This document shows positions 12,641 through 25,700 of a stretch of DNA of 64,000 nucleotides, in pieces. A program made the translations under genes and the position numbers. The stretch's first letter is position 1, and each line of letters opens with the position of its first letter. A model generated the notes under the pieces. The model was given only the letters and a program-made list of their open reading frames with translations, made no database searches and had not been told where the DNA came from. The stretch is from the NCBI GenBank assembly GCA_964016885.1, contig OZ024764.1, positions 22,382,001 to 22,446,000 on the forward strand, written 5' to 3'. This DNA is from Eledone cirrhosa (lineage: Eukaryota).

Positions 12641-12950
12641 TGACTGAATTAATAAGAAGAGGTTGAGGTTACATCATCAACATCAGATTTCCCTGCTAGC
12701 AAGGGTTTAATGAGTCTACTTCAACCAAGTAAGTACTGAAGTGAGGCTACTGATCTCTAGACAGACCAAGGATCTGAGACTTATTTACATAAGGTCTCAT
12801 TAGCTACTGAGTGCACAGAAAAGGTTGTCATGTTTTTGTCATGATTGAAGGGTTCTCCAACACTATTGTCGGGCAAGCTTTCTATGGCTAGATGTCCTTC
12901 ACATGACCAACCACATTACAGCCTGTGTTGGGTGTGTTTATCATGTAGGT

Positions 12951-14977
12951 GAGGCATAACAAACTGAGGGTTCCCCAAGGGCCACATAGGTCACATGTGT
13001 TGTCTGAGGGTTGCACAGTGCAACTAATTATGTACACAACAACTAATTAAAGTCATTTAATAAAATTTAATATAAAAAGATTTGTTACTTAAATTTAGAA
13101 ACATACAATGTACATACAAATGTTTTAGCAGCATTCATGAATACAAAGTAATGAAGTAGTTTGATAAAAAACTAAAATTTAACATGTCAACATATACTTG
13201 CAGATTGTAACAGCAACACACACATTGTACACAAATAACAACAGTTGAAAACTGAACATTTATTTGCTACTATTCAACCATTTTTAGTGTTTTGTCCTGA
13301 GGCTTGACACTTCTTTCTGTTGACTATTTTTGGTATGTCTGGCTGAAATGTCTGTACAGTTTCAACTTTAATCAGAGATGACAAGTGTTGATCTGTCAGC
13401 CTTGTTCTCTGAGAAGTTTTTGTTAAGCTAAGTACAGACTCAGTATGGGCAGTGATTTTCAGCTCTTTGCACATAAGAAAATGAATTAAATTTTCATCTG
13501 ACAACGGAGACTTCCATAAGCTAAGTTTTCTAATGAAGAACTTGATGTCATCATACAACTGAGTGATGGGTTTGTTTTTACCTTGTAATTTCAAATTAAG
13601 GTCAGTTAATTGTGCAGTAATATCCACAAATAAAGCCAGATGTTGGAGCCAACTTTCATCTTTTATTTCATCTGTGTTTTGACTTTTCATCTCCAAAAAC
13701 ATAATTATTTCAGCACTTTGTGACATGTCAACCAGCAGACTTCTGTGTCGAATGGAACATTGGTGAACTGATTATCCATATCTTCCAACAACTGGCTGAA
13801 CTGACGGTCGTTGAGAGCATGGCCTTGATTTAGTTCACTGTCTTTGTGACCAAGCTAAGCACATGATGCAATTTTAAAATCTTTGAACATAAATTTTGCT
13901 TATGAATAATACAGTGAAAATGTGCAAATGATGAATCTAGATATGAGTTTTCTATTTTTGTTTGTAACTTGGCAGCAACACCATTATGTCTACCAACCAT
14001 ATTTGCAGCACTGTCAGTAGATAAACATTCAAGTTTACTCAGATCAAAACCATGCAGACCCTGCTTGACCTTCTCAAAGATGTCCTGGCTTGATATAGTG
14101 TCATGCATGGGGACCAGTTCAATCAGTTCTTCATAAATATTAAATTCACTGTCACAGGCCCTGATGAAGAATGCAAGCTGTACTATTTCAGTGATGTCAA
14201 CAGTCTCTTCAATAGCAATAGAAACATGTTCAAACCTTGATGATACAGCCTTTAACTGTTGTTTCAGATCACCTGACATTTCATTAATCTGTTCAGCAAC
14301 AGTGTTACTCGTTAATGAAATGTCTTTGAATAACTCTGCTTTCTCTGGACAATTTCAGCTGTTTTTACAAGACATTGCTTTACAAAATCTCCTTCACTGT
14401 AAGATTTCCCACTCATGGCAATCATTCAACTGAGTTCATAGCTTGCAGTAACAGAAGTGACATCCTCTTCCTGAATTAACATAAAACAGGTCTATTGCTG
14501 TGTCAAGTTAGACTTCAATTCCTTGAGTCTTGAAACACACATTGGGCCTTCATATTTATCGTAAGATCGAGGGTTTGTTTCATAATGTCTTTTTAAATTG
14601 TACTCTTTTGGCGTGGAGATGTAGTTGTTGCAAATTAAACAGTGTATCTTTCTGTTCACCATTGGGCAAAAATACTGTAATTCCCACTTTTCTTGAAACA
14701 CTTGCCCTTCTTCGTTCAATTTCCTTTTTCTCTTAGCTGGAGGAGCACTAACCATTTCAAAAACAAAAACTTTTGAAATTTTGAAAGAAAGTATTCTGTT
14801 AATGAGCTGCACGTGATTAATGGAAGTTAAAAGTAGTTGACAAAATTTGCACAAAAAAAACAATTGTATCGAAAAATTTTTAAATTTTATATTACGAAAA
14901 TGAAACATGCTCGCATGTAAAAACCTTTGTGTGGGCCGCAGGTTTGCTTGCCAAGGGCCGCATGTTTGACATGTCTG
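12951..14977 (-). mobile_element. hAT (Buster/SPIN-like, GTF2IRD2-related) DNA transposon, decayed
   Basis: 8-bp TSD atgtaggt (12943-12950 and 14978-14985) with central TA; termini gaggcataacaaac / gtttgacatgtctg; transposase fragments FQEKWELQYF..CLIC..KEYNLKRHYET, STDSAANMVG, HCIIHKQNLC, LNLKLQGK. Confidence 0.9.
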
Positions 14978-15099
14978 ATGTAGGTTACCAACACTAGGCA
15001 GGGCAGCATGTCCTTCAATGTCTTCTGCTACATTAACTACCAGGAGGTCACCACATGACACAAAGACATTTCAAAGAAGGGTCACAAAAGAACTAAATA

Positions 15100-15550
15100 T
15101 AAAAGTACCCACAATTCAGCAAAAAGCAAATAATTGAGCTTTGGGTCTGGGTCAAGGGGGCAGAAGTGCTGTGCCCTGTGGATAAGACTACAAATGTATC
15201 CCCCCCCCCTGGACGATGGACAGTTACACCCACTGCAACAGCCACCCCAACCTCATGGGACTCCCTCTTCAGAAGGGCCACCAACGTTCTGATCTTACAG
15301 AGGAGCTTGGCAGTACGGGGTCCAAGTACTTCTGAGGTCTCGATGGTGACCGGTGTGAAGAGACCTACAATTGATGTCATCCCAGTTATGTTGGACTGTA
15401 ATATACTGGGGTATAGAGAGGCCTTAACCTGTCTCAGCCGGGCCACCCAGGGTTGTGTCATCTAGGTACCAGACAGGGGTGACTAGACCATGTTGTCAAC
15501 TGTCAACACCAATAGGAGTGAGGCGAGTGGGTCTCCTTGCTAGACACCAT
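15100..15550 (-). mobile_element. Internally deleted CRE-clade retrotransposon relic
   Basis: Minus strand GV*QGDPLASLL, VWYLDDTTLGGP, FTPVTIETSEVLGP. Copy at ~46600-47010. Confidence 0.7.
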
Positions 15551-15795
15551 ATATAAAAACGTATTTGCTAATTACTTTAGTGAATAATTTGTTTCATACG
15601 TAATTATTACTTTTAACACAATAGGATTTTGTACACGTGTTTGTTTGAAAACATCTTTCAAAGAAGTATGAGACAGTCTTTTGTAGTGTTTATTATAATA
15701 AATTACTGTATGTTGAGCTGTTTTAACTTCTCCACCTTCCATTATTTTATATTGTTTTTGTTAAAAAACGATATCTTTTTCATATATATATATAT

Positions 15796-16010
15796 GAAGG
15801 CGTGTGGCTGAGTGGTTAGAGAATTGGATTCGGAATTGTGAGGTTGTGAGTTCGATTTTCAGACCGGGCGGTGCGTTATGTCCTTGAACAAGACATTTTA
15901 TTTCACGTTGCTCCTTCTACCTGGAGTTGCAACCGATAGATAGTATTAGCAATTGGAAAGACCAATGGAAACATTGTTTCCTCGGTCCGATTTGACGAAA
16001 AGTTGATCAT
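15796..16010 (+). mobile_element. tRNA-derived SINE
   Basis: A-box tggctgagtgg, B-box gagttcgatt, then gtccttgaacaagacattttatttcacgttgctcc; adjacent to (TA)n. Copy at 47255-47468. Confidence 0.78.
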
Positions 16011-16334
16011 AAAAAATATTTAGAGAGAAAGAGAGAGAAACACACAAACATACACTACTGTATTACATATGTAAGGGGAGATAACTCTCGTTACATCCCT
16101 CCTTCTTTTTGATATACGTACTTTAAATACTTTGTTCAATGGAATCTGCTTTATTTTGTCCTAAGTAGATTTCTGTTTAAGTATTTACGAGATTCACAAT
16201 GATTCACGTAACCAAGTTACTTACATAGAGATATATTTCACATAGAATCACAACAAATGAAAATATTAAGTCAACACTCTGTCAATCAGTCTCACATCAC
16301 ATGGGGTGCTGGAGTCTCCCTCTAATACTTTCTG

Positions 16335-16500
16335 AGACAGTCTTACCTCGAGTGATAGCAAGGCTAAGATGTTGGAACTACCAAACACCCTCATATGTAT
16401 CACCAGACACCTCGGTAAGGAGAGCTGCCAACGATAACAAGAACCTCGTTGTCAGGGACCTATCTCCTCCAAACTTCTCCAACACCACAGACTAGAATAT
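16335..16500 (-). mobile_element. CRE-clade 3' relic (endonuclease C-terminus)
   Basis: Minus strand VLEKFGGDRSLTTRFLLSLAALLTEVSGDTYEGVW*FQHLSLAITRG aligns to the CRE at 53650-53800. Copies at ~32065-32230 and ~47810-47975. Confidence 0.75.
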
Positions 16501-16585
16501 TCTACTCTTTATTCCCTATCAAATATATTTCAGTCTAGTCATTTGTCTTGTATCTTGTATATGTATTTTCAAAACTAACTGTCAC

Positions 16586-16905
16586 ATTTGTGAGACCCCC
16601 AGTTAGTGATGTTTTCGTCTCCCTCCCACATCCTACATGCTGTAGTAAAAGTGAGGGTCACTGCTTCTGTAGACGAACGAAATAAAAGTTAAACTACCAG
16701 TAATTATCGGCAAAGTATTTATTCCAGTCTGTGATGTTTGAGAAGCTGGGCTGCTGACAACGAAGTTGTTGTCACTGTTGGCGGCTGGCTTTACCGAAGT
16801 ACCCGATGCCTCTTGTGAGGGTACTTAGCTGTTTGGGTGGTTTAGCCTCCATATGACCCGATCTTACCGAGATACCCGGTAATCTCTGTCAGAGTACTTA
16901 GCTGT
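16586..16905 (+). mobile_element. CRE-clade 3' relic with a ~73-bp tandem repeat
   Basis: Collinear with 53508-53790 (gttagtga..tcccacatcct..gctgac..ggcggct..gaggg). Repeat expanded at 32520-32776, 48262-48452 and 48807-48954. Confidence 0.75.
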
Positions 16906-17004
16906 TCTATTTTAATTACATTTACTGTTTTCACCTTTATTGTTTTTTAATTACAAACTTTACATAATTTAATTCGGTAAAAATATTTTTACGTCCCAAA
17001 AAAA

Positions 17005-17133
17005 CTTGACCTTTGACATTGAAGCATGCGCAGTGGTGCAGTTGTCGACTTCCTGTCCACGTGTTAGTCTTCCTACAACATTATTTAAAAAACATTTCTG
17101 TAAATACTAAACACCTGAGACTATAATGTAAGT
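17005..17133 (+). promoter_or_regulatory. Putative promoter and non-coding exon 1 of ZNF copy 2
   Basis: TGACCTTTGAC (17007), GCATGCGCA NRF1-type (17024), ACTTCCTG ETS-type (17048), CACGTG (17058), donor aat|GTAAGT at 17128. Confidence 0.6.
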
Positions 17134-17599
17134 ATTATGTCTATTAATATTGTAGATTTAAGCTCACTTTTCACATCACAAATATATATTTTCTTGTTTG
17201 TTTCATTACTGGAAATATAAAATGTTATCGTAATTATCTATATTTTACCTACCTCTAATTAATTAAAGTGAAAACTTTTGTTGTTGCTGAAAAATAAATT
17301 AACAAAACTAAATATTTAAATATTCTAAAGGTCGTTTTTATATTATGTGATGATATAATTAATATATTTTATTACAATTGTATAAATTTACAGTAGAATA
17401 ACGTTGTAAATATGTTTTAAATATATACATAAATAACATAAGTGTGTAAATAACATTATACATTGCTGGCAATTCCTTGAGAAAGACATTACAAATATAT
17501 TGTCTAAACTGTGTATAATAATATAATTTATTGAACGATAATGATAAAGGAAAGAAAAACACAGTGGGAGATGTCAATTCACCACCAAGTGTGATAATA

Positions 17600-17883
17600 G
17601 GTCACACCTCACCCCTTAGGGGGTTAACTACACACTTTGAGGCAAGCCAACACACTGGCAGCATTACTAAGGTGTTGAAATAACCAGGTACCCTCACGGG
17701 TATCACCTGGTACTTCGGTAAGGCGAGGCTAAGGTGTTGAAATAACCAGGTACCCTCACGGGTATCACCTGACACCTCGGTAAGGTGAGTCTAAGGGGCT
17801 GAAATAACCAGGTACCCTCACGGGTATCACCTGACACCTCAGTAAGGTGAGGCTAAGGTACTGAAATAACCAGGTACCCTCAG
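17600..17883 (-). repeat. 62-bp minisatellite derived from a CRE 3' relic
   Basis: taaccagg recurs every 62 bp; minus strand encodes GDTREGTWLFQHLSL and ..NAASVLACLK. Also at 34135-34384 and 54215-54359. Confidence 0.82.
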
Positions 17884-18238
17884 GGAAACGACTAGATTTG
17901 TAAAAAAAGTAGGGTGAAAGTATACGAAGAGATGTAGTTTCACAGATCTACTCACACCACGTTGGGTGGGAAATAATTATTTTTCTTAGATTTTTTTCTA
18001 GACCCCTTTTCAATATTTTCTCTGAACCCCTTAGATACTTGCAATAGACGTTTTATTCCCCAGTATTAGGGTTAGGGTTTCCGTTTTCAGGAAGAAAAGT
18101 CGATTGCAAACATCTAAGCGGTCGAGAAAAATCATAAGGAAAGATAATTATTTCCCAGCCAACTGGAGAAGTGTGTAGCTCTTCTAAACTCTGATAATCC
18201 TGTTTCCCACTTCTTTATCTACAAATCTAGTCGTTTCC
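17884..18238. mobile_element. MITE-like palindromic element with central TTAGGG repeats
   Basis: TIRs ggaaacgactagatttgta / tacaaatctagtcgtttcc plus nested inverted repeats. Copies at 34384-34741 and 54359-54718. Confidence 0.72.
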
Positions 18239-18349
18239 TGCTACTTTGAAGACCCTATTTATTGATAACACCACTAGTAAATCTTTGTCAACTTTTCATA
18301 CGTAAATTGTGAATCAGTTATTTTTAAACAAACTATCAAAGAAGTGATC

Positions 18350-18590
18350 TCACAGTAACTGTGTTTGATTTAATCAACTTATTTCCCCAAAACATTGTCG
18401 ACCTTGTGTCTCAATCAGAAACTATTATAAGATCTTAAATCAACCTCGTAAAGATGAAGGGCAAAGCTAACCTCGGCGGGATTTCAACCCTTTGTTATGA
18501 GTTCAAATCCCACCAAAGTTAACTTTGTCTTTCATTCTAAAGGAGTGGATAAATTAAAGTTCCAGTAATCTACTGGGGTCTGAGATATTA
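18350..18590. mobile_element. Degenerate SINE fragments in both orientations
   Basis: gagttcaaatcccaccaaagttaactttgtctttcatt and its reverse complement; same family as 57565-57748. Confidence 0.55.
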
Positions 18591-18638
18591 AGGTTTGAGT
18601 AAATTCTATCTTTTTGTGTGTTTGTATTTATAATCTTA

Positions 18639-18795
18639 CTAGAACACCTGTGACCTGTTGGGTCACGTTCCCTTTAAAAATAATATTTAAATAATTAAAA
18701 TGTACACAGACATGTATATAATGTAAAATGAAATTAGTAGGCCGATGTATATATATATATATATATATATGCGTGTGTGTGTATATATATATATA

Positions 18796-18831
<36 letters not shown>

Positions 18832-18975
18832 CACACACGTCACTTGTTATAATTTTATAACTTTGTTCAACAGCACCACCAGCTATCTCTCTCACACACA
18901 CCCATTATCTTTCTCTCTCTATTTATAAAGGTGCCAGAAAAACCCCATATCTCGGGAACCTGTGCATTGATTTAC
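18639..18975 (-). mobile_element. Helitron family B, 5'-truncated, reverse orientation
   Basis: ctagaacacctgtgacctgttgggtcacg is the reverse complement of the 3' end at 11100-11136. Copies at 35144-35445 and a remnant at 2538-2665. Confidence 0.75.
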
Positions 18976-19254
18976 GTGAAACTTATTTTATCCCATCTGT
19001 ATTCCCATTTCAGGGTCAACTTCCTTTCAAACTATTTTCCCGTTATGCCCCGTTTTGGCTGTATTACATTACAGACAAGACACAATCACAGAGTTTTAGG
19101 TTTATAATGTTATAGTATCATGATAGGGTAATACAGTTATTTATAGACCTGTGGTAAATGTTGGTTCAGCCCACCCTGGGGGGTGTAAGTGTTTTATCAG
19201 TCTACCCTGAGAGGTGTCAGTGTTGGTCAATGATAACCTTTATAACTAGAGGCC

Positions 19255-20503
19255 TGTTGGTGAGGACAAGCTGGAAGTGGTGACATCTTTCTGCTACCTG
19301 TGTGACATGTTAGCTGGAAGTGGAGCCAAGTTCACTGCCATCGTGCTGTGCCACTCCACAGGTAACAAGTTTAGGCAGCTTCTCCTTGCACTGCCTTGCA
19401 ATGTGGATCACCGCACATCTCTGATCTCCCCATCGCAGGACATTGGCACACCTTCTACTCTCAGATTCCCTGCATGTTAAGTAAACCTGACATCTAGCTT
19501 CTCTCTTAGCGGCTGTGTATCGGTCTCTACCTCTACCATTTTTCCAAGCCTTTTGTCTCTAATGGCTCTATCTACCGTGCTGTTCCACCACCAGATCACC
19601 ATCTGTCTGGTTGGAGCTCTGCTCCAGCCACAAGTTTCTTCAGTAACCTGCAGTAAGTTGTCACGTAAGAAATTCCAGTTATCGTCCATGTCATAGGACT
19701 CTAAATCGTTTTCTTTTTCGCCATACACATCTTGAAGGGCTTTCCTAAATTTATATTTTAGTGAAAGGTCTTTTAGTTTCCAGACCTTCCTTTTTCACAC
19801 CTTCTTGTATGTCTCTCTTTGTCTCTTGCTTACTGAGATATCACTAACGACTAACCTATGTTGGGGGGGTACATTGTTCCCTGGGGTATGCCTTAATATT
19901 TGACACCATCTGTCTCTCTTGCTACTTAACTAGCAAGAAGTCAATCTGTCTCATGTGCTCACCTGCTTGGTAGGTTATTAGGTGGTTGGTAGGTTTCTTG
20001 AAGTGTTGCAAATGGTTAGTTCACTTGCATCACAAAATACAAGAAGCCTCACTCTTTCTTCGTTTCTTGAGCCATAACCATGACCACCATGTACCCCAGT
20101 GTATACATCCTGGAGCTGTCCAACATGACCATTGAAGTCCCCTGCTATTATAACTAGGTCTCTGTCATTGTGGTTATCTCTACTTATTCTTTTTCTACAT
20201 ATGGAGCAGGGCTACTTTCCTGAAGGGGTCAGGGTCTTCTCTCCTATCCATTAGCACTTTAGTTTTGGCTAAGTATATTCTCAGAACTTACCATTTCAAA
20301 TTCTATATCTATAGCTGGTCATCTACATAGAGAAGTTTCCATAGACAGCCAGTCTTAAACCTCTCTGTTATGGCTTGGAGAACTATGATGAACAAGTGGG
20401 CTAAGAACTAAACCATGATGAACTCCTACCTGTACCTTCAATTCCTCACTAATCACACTTTACTGACAGCTTCTCACAAGCCATTCTTCTACACCTAATT
20501 TCC
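19255..20503 (-). mobile_element. RTE relics of unit 2 (with a ~1.8-kb deletion at ~19386)
   Basis: Paralogous to 2975-3104 joined to 4870-5985. Confidence 0.8.
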
Positions 20504-20719
20504 TTAACCCTTTAGTATATAAACTGGCCATATCTGGCCAGAATTGTCTCATGTCTTTCTATTCAAACTGGCCGTAACTGGTCACTTATACTTATGTTAA
20601 GGTATTGTTCTCAAAATAAGTAACATCAAAATCTCATAGATTTGATATTATGAGTGATAAAGCATTTACTGTGAAAATATAATAGTAAATATAGAGTAAT
20701 GTGAATACTAAAGGGTTAA

Positions 20720-21250
20720 TCTGATGTCACTAATAACTACTTTTATCAGTCAGTATAATCTAATGTCACTAATAACTACTTTTATCTGTCAGTTTAATCT
20801 AATGTCACTAATAACTACTTTTATCAGTCAGTATAATCTAATGTCACTAATAACTACTTTTATCAGTCAGTTTAATCTAATGTCACTAATAACTACTTTT
20901 ATCAGTCAGTTTAATCTAATGTCACTAATAACTACTTTTATCAGTCAGTTTAATCTAATGCCACTAATAACTACTTTTATCAGTCAGTTTAATCTAATGT
21001 CACTAATAACTACTTTTATCAGTCAGTTTAATCTACTGCCACTAATAACTACTTTTATCAGTCAGTTTAATCTAATGTCACTAATAACTACTTTTATCAG
21101 TCAGTTTAATCTAATGTCACTAATAACTACTTTTATCAGTCAGTTTAATCTAATGTCACTAATAACTACTTTTATCAGTCAGTTTAATCTACTGCCACTA
21201 ATAACTACTTTTATCAGTCTGTTTAATCTACTTCCACTAATAACTAACCT
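20720..21250. repeat. 39-bp VNTR, ~13.5 copies
   Basis: Tandem repeat. Confidence 0.95.
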
Positions 21251-21583
21251 ATGTTAGTCAGCACATTCTTCACCAAAGAAGGCCTTAGTATTTATTACAG
21301 TCCATTTATCAATATAGAAATATTATATGAAATTTGTACTGATGTATTACAAGTTTCTCAGTATCTTATAATGTTCTTTTATTATTTCAGAATACCAGAG
21401 GACATTGGCATTAAAGAGCACGTTACATCAGACATATCCTCAACATTAACCATTTCTAATGAAAGACACTACCCATCATTTTCAAATAATTTTGAAAACA
21501 CACAATACTTTGAAGTGATTTAGTAATATAACTAAATTTCTCAGTATTAAGCTGTGAATTATGTGAGAAACTGAGGTGATTGA

Positions 21584-22714
<1,131 letters not shown>

Positions 22715-25700
22715 CTGTATCAATATCAAACTCATTACTACAACAACAACAACAATTGTGTAGATCCATCATCCTGGCTAAAACTGGGGATAACCTTGTA
22801 GGTTTTACCTATGACAAGGATCATAAAGACCCGGTTTCCATTTTTGAAGCAGTGTTTGAAGATTTTGTGTAAATTAAAGTTTTTCACATCAAACTTTGAT
22901 TTATTATACTTTAACAGGTAAGATATATATTTGTATTTTTAGTAAAGGTTGGGAACTTCTGTAATTTAAACCTGCCAATAAAATGAAAACTTTTGTTGTT
23001 GCTAGTCAGACATTGATATTAATTCTATTGTCCTGTACTTTGTCTCAAATATCACAGATTAAACAGATTTTAACAATAACAACAGAAATCAATAACTTGT
23101 AAGCCTAATATCTAGCTTCTATTTTAACTAATTGATATTGTTGTTCCCCTCCTGTCTCTTCAGGTCTTTTAGATTTCAACTTCTATCTACTGTACTATTC
23201 CATCACCAAGGCAACATTCATCTGGCTGGCAGCTTACATCAACTCCAGATCTCATCAGTGGTTCACAACAGGCTGTCTGAAAGAAACTTCCAGATATCTT
23301 CTATGTCATAGCTATCAATCTCCTCCTCCTTATCATATGTACCACTCTCACAGTCCCTCTAGATCTTATATTTAAGAGGGAGATCTTTTACTGTCCCTAC
23401 TCTTTTCTCTAGGTTGTCTTGTGCCTCTCTCACAGTCCCTATATATCTTATATTTAACAGGGAGATCTTTTACTATCCCTACCCTTTTCTCTAGATTTTC
23501 TTGTATCTCTTTCACAGTCCCTGTAGATCTTATATTTAACAGGGAGATCTTTTACTCTCCAACCCTTCTACAGATAGTCTTGTATATGTCATTCCCTCTA
23601 GGTCTTACACCTCGTATCTAGTCTATGTTGAGTGGTACGTCCTTCTCCAGTAAAGGAGTTAATATTCCCAACCATCTGTCTATCCTGTTTTCTGATGAGA
23701 ATGAAGTCAATCTAGTTTATCTCTTCACCTGATTGAAGTAACTAGATCAAGTAACTAGATGGTTTCCTGTAAGTTAGTGTTGCAGTGTTTGTGTCACCAT
23801 GTAAGGTTTATATCTATTAATATAGAGATGTAGTAAAGTTTTCACTGTTGTATCTCTACTTTCTAAATATCTTAATAATGTTTCTCTACTATTTCAGAAT
23901 ATCACATGACCTTGACAGAAAAGAGTCTTTTAAAGACAACAGAAAGATGTTACATACAAGTGATATAAACTTGTTTAGTCTGTGGTGAATTATGGTGAAA
24001 TATTTCTTCTGAATTGAGATAGATAACAATATTTTCCTTTTTCACTGTCTGGAATATTTACAAGATGATTTTACATTCTGATTAAACTTTGGATATTTAC
24101 AAAGGAGTTTTCAAAATATTGGATATTGACAAAGATCACATTTGATAAAAATTATGAACAATAGAAATATTTACATCAACATAGGAATATTTTCCAGAAG
24201 AGATGGGAAAATCATTATACCACTGTAATATTTGTGGTAAAGTATTCTCTATTCTTTATATGTAGAACATCTAACTAAACACTTTAATTAACAAACTATT
24301 GTGCTATAAAATTGACAAACTTGAGCAATGTTTAATAAATGTTACAGATTTCTCCAAACTGTCGTTTACTAACTTTAATTTGAAGCTATATTATCTATAT
24401 ACTACTAAAACTCTGTGATCGTGTCTTGTCTGTAATTTAATACAGCTAAAACAGTGCATAATGGGGAAATACTTTGAAAGGAATAAAACAATTTTTGTAT
24501 AAATTGGAGCACAGGTTCCCAAGATACAAGGTTTTCTGGGTACCTTGATATATATAGGGAGAGAAAGAGATAGTGGTTGTGAGAGTGAGGAGACAGATGG
24601 AAGAGAGAGAGAGCTGGTGGTGTTGTTTAATGAAATGTGTGTGTGTGTATATATATACGTATGTGTATATTTTAACTATTTAAAAACTATTTTAAAATGA
24701 CTTTTAAAAAATAGTTTTAAGGGAACGTGACCCAACAGGTCCCGGGTGGTCTAGTTTGTTACTAAATACTAGATATTAGAGGGTCATGTTGTTCTAGATG
24801 TGCTGGAAGAGCCGTTCCATCTTGTGAGGCTCACACCAGCAGCTAGCCACCTCAGCACCTATGGTGGTATATTTATTATATTATTTATTCTTTATCATTA
24901 ACATTAATTTAAAAGATAATTATATATTTTTAGAGAAGAACCTCTAATTTCATATAGCTTAGGGCTTCAGTAGGTAAAAGTCTGGCCCTGCTTGTCTTGT
25001 ATTTTTTAGGGGAGAAGTTAGGGAATACTGTTATTGTGTGAAAGTTTTCTAAATCTTCTTCAGCCACTAACATGGAGAAGATATTTCAGTAAGAAGGTTC
25101 ACATCCTGACATCTATAGCTGTTAACAAGGAGATTGGAATTCATTATTAAACAAATGTTATATCATCATCACTGTTTAACATCAGTTTTTTCACGCTGGC
25201 ATGGGTTAGACGAGTTATCCTGTTGTAAGCATTGCCAGGTCAGGTGACCACGTGTTGCTCCTACAGAACAAATTTTGGATTGGTTTCTACAGCTGGATGC
25301 CCTTCCTAGCACCAACCTTATTTACATTGAGTACTGGGTGCATTTTACCATCTCACCATCACGACCACTTTACAGTGTGGGCTGGGTGCTTTTTGTTGTG
25401 ACACCTATATAACCACTTTACAGTGTGGGCTGGGTGCTTTTTGTTGTGACACCTACATGACCACTTTAAAGTTTTGACTGGGTGCTTTTTGTCGTGACAC
25501 CTACATGACCACTTTATAGTGTGGGCTGGGTGCTTTTTGCCGTGACACCTACGCAACCGCTCTACAGTGTGGGCTGGTTTCTTTTTGTCATATCACTTAC
25601 ATAACCGCCTTATAGTGTTGGCTGTGTGTTCTTTGCAGTGTGGGCTGGTTTCTTTTTGTCATATCACCTACATGACCACCTTATAATGTTTACTGTGTGT

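Noticed and set aside
13274-15061. Host gene of GTF2IRD2/EPM2AIP1 type
   Set aside because: Frameshifted fragments bounded by TIR remnants and an 8-bp TSD: a decayed hAT transposon.
15796-15870. tRNA gene
   Set aside because: A and B boxes are present but no convincing cloverleaf, and it continues into a SINE body.
16301-16495. 64-aa ORF repeated three times (MGCWSLPLIL...)
   Set aside because: Antisense frame of a CRE relic; repeated because the whole unit is duplicated.
18066-18079. Interstitial telomere
   Set aside because: Only about two TTAGGG units, inside a MITE-like palindrome.
18628-18928. YIYI/VCVC ORFs (also 32905, 33077, 35231, 42399)
   Set aside because: Translations of TA/TG microsatellites.
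20724-21257. Repetitive ORFs (MSLITTFISQFNL)n, also at 6203 and 59640
   Set aside because: By-product of a 39-bp stop-free VNTR; copy number varies widely, one copy is SINE-interrupted, and it lies upstream of a splice acceptor.
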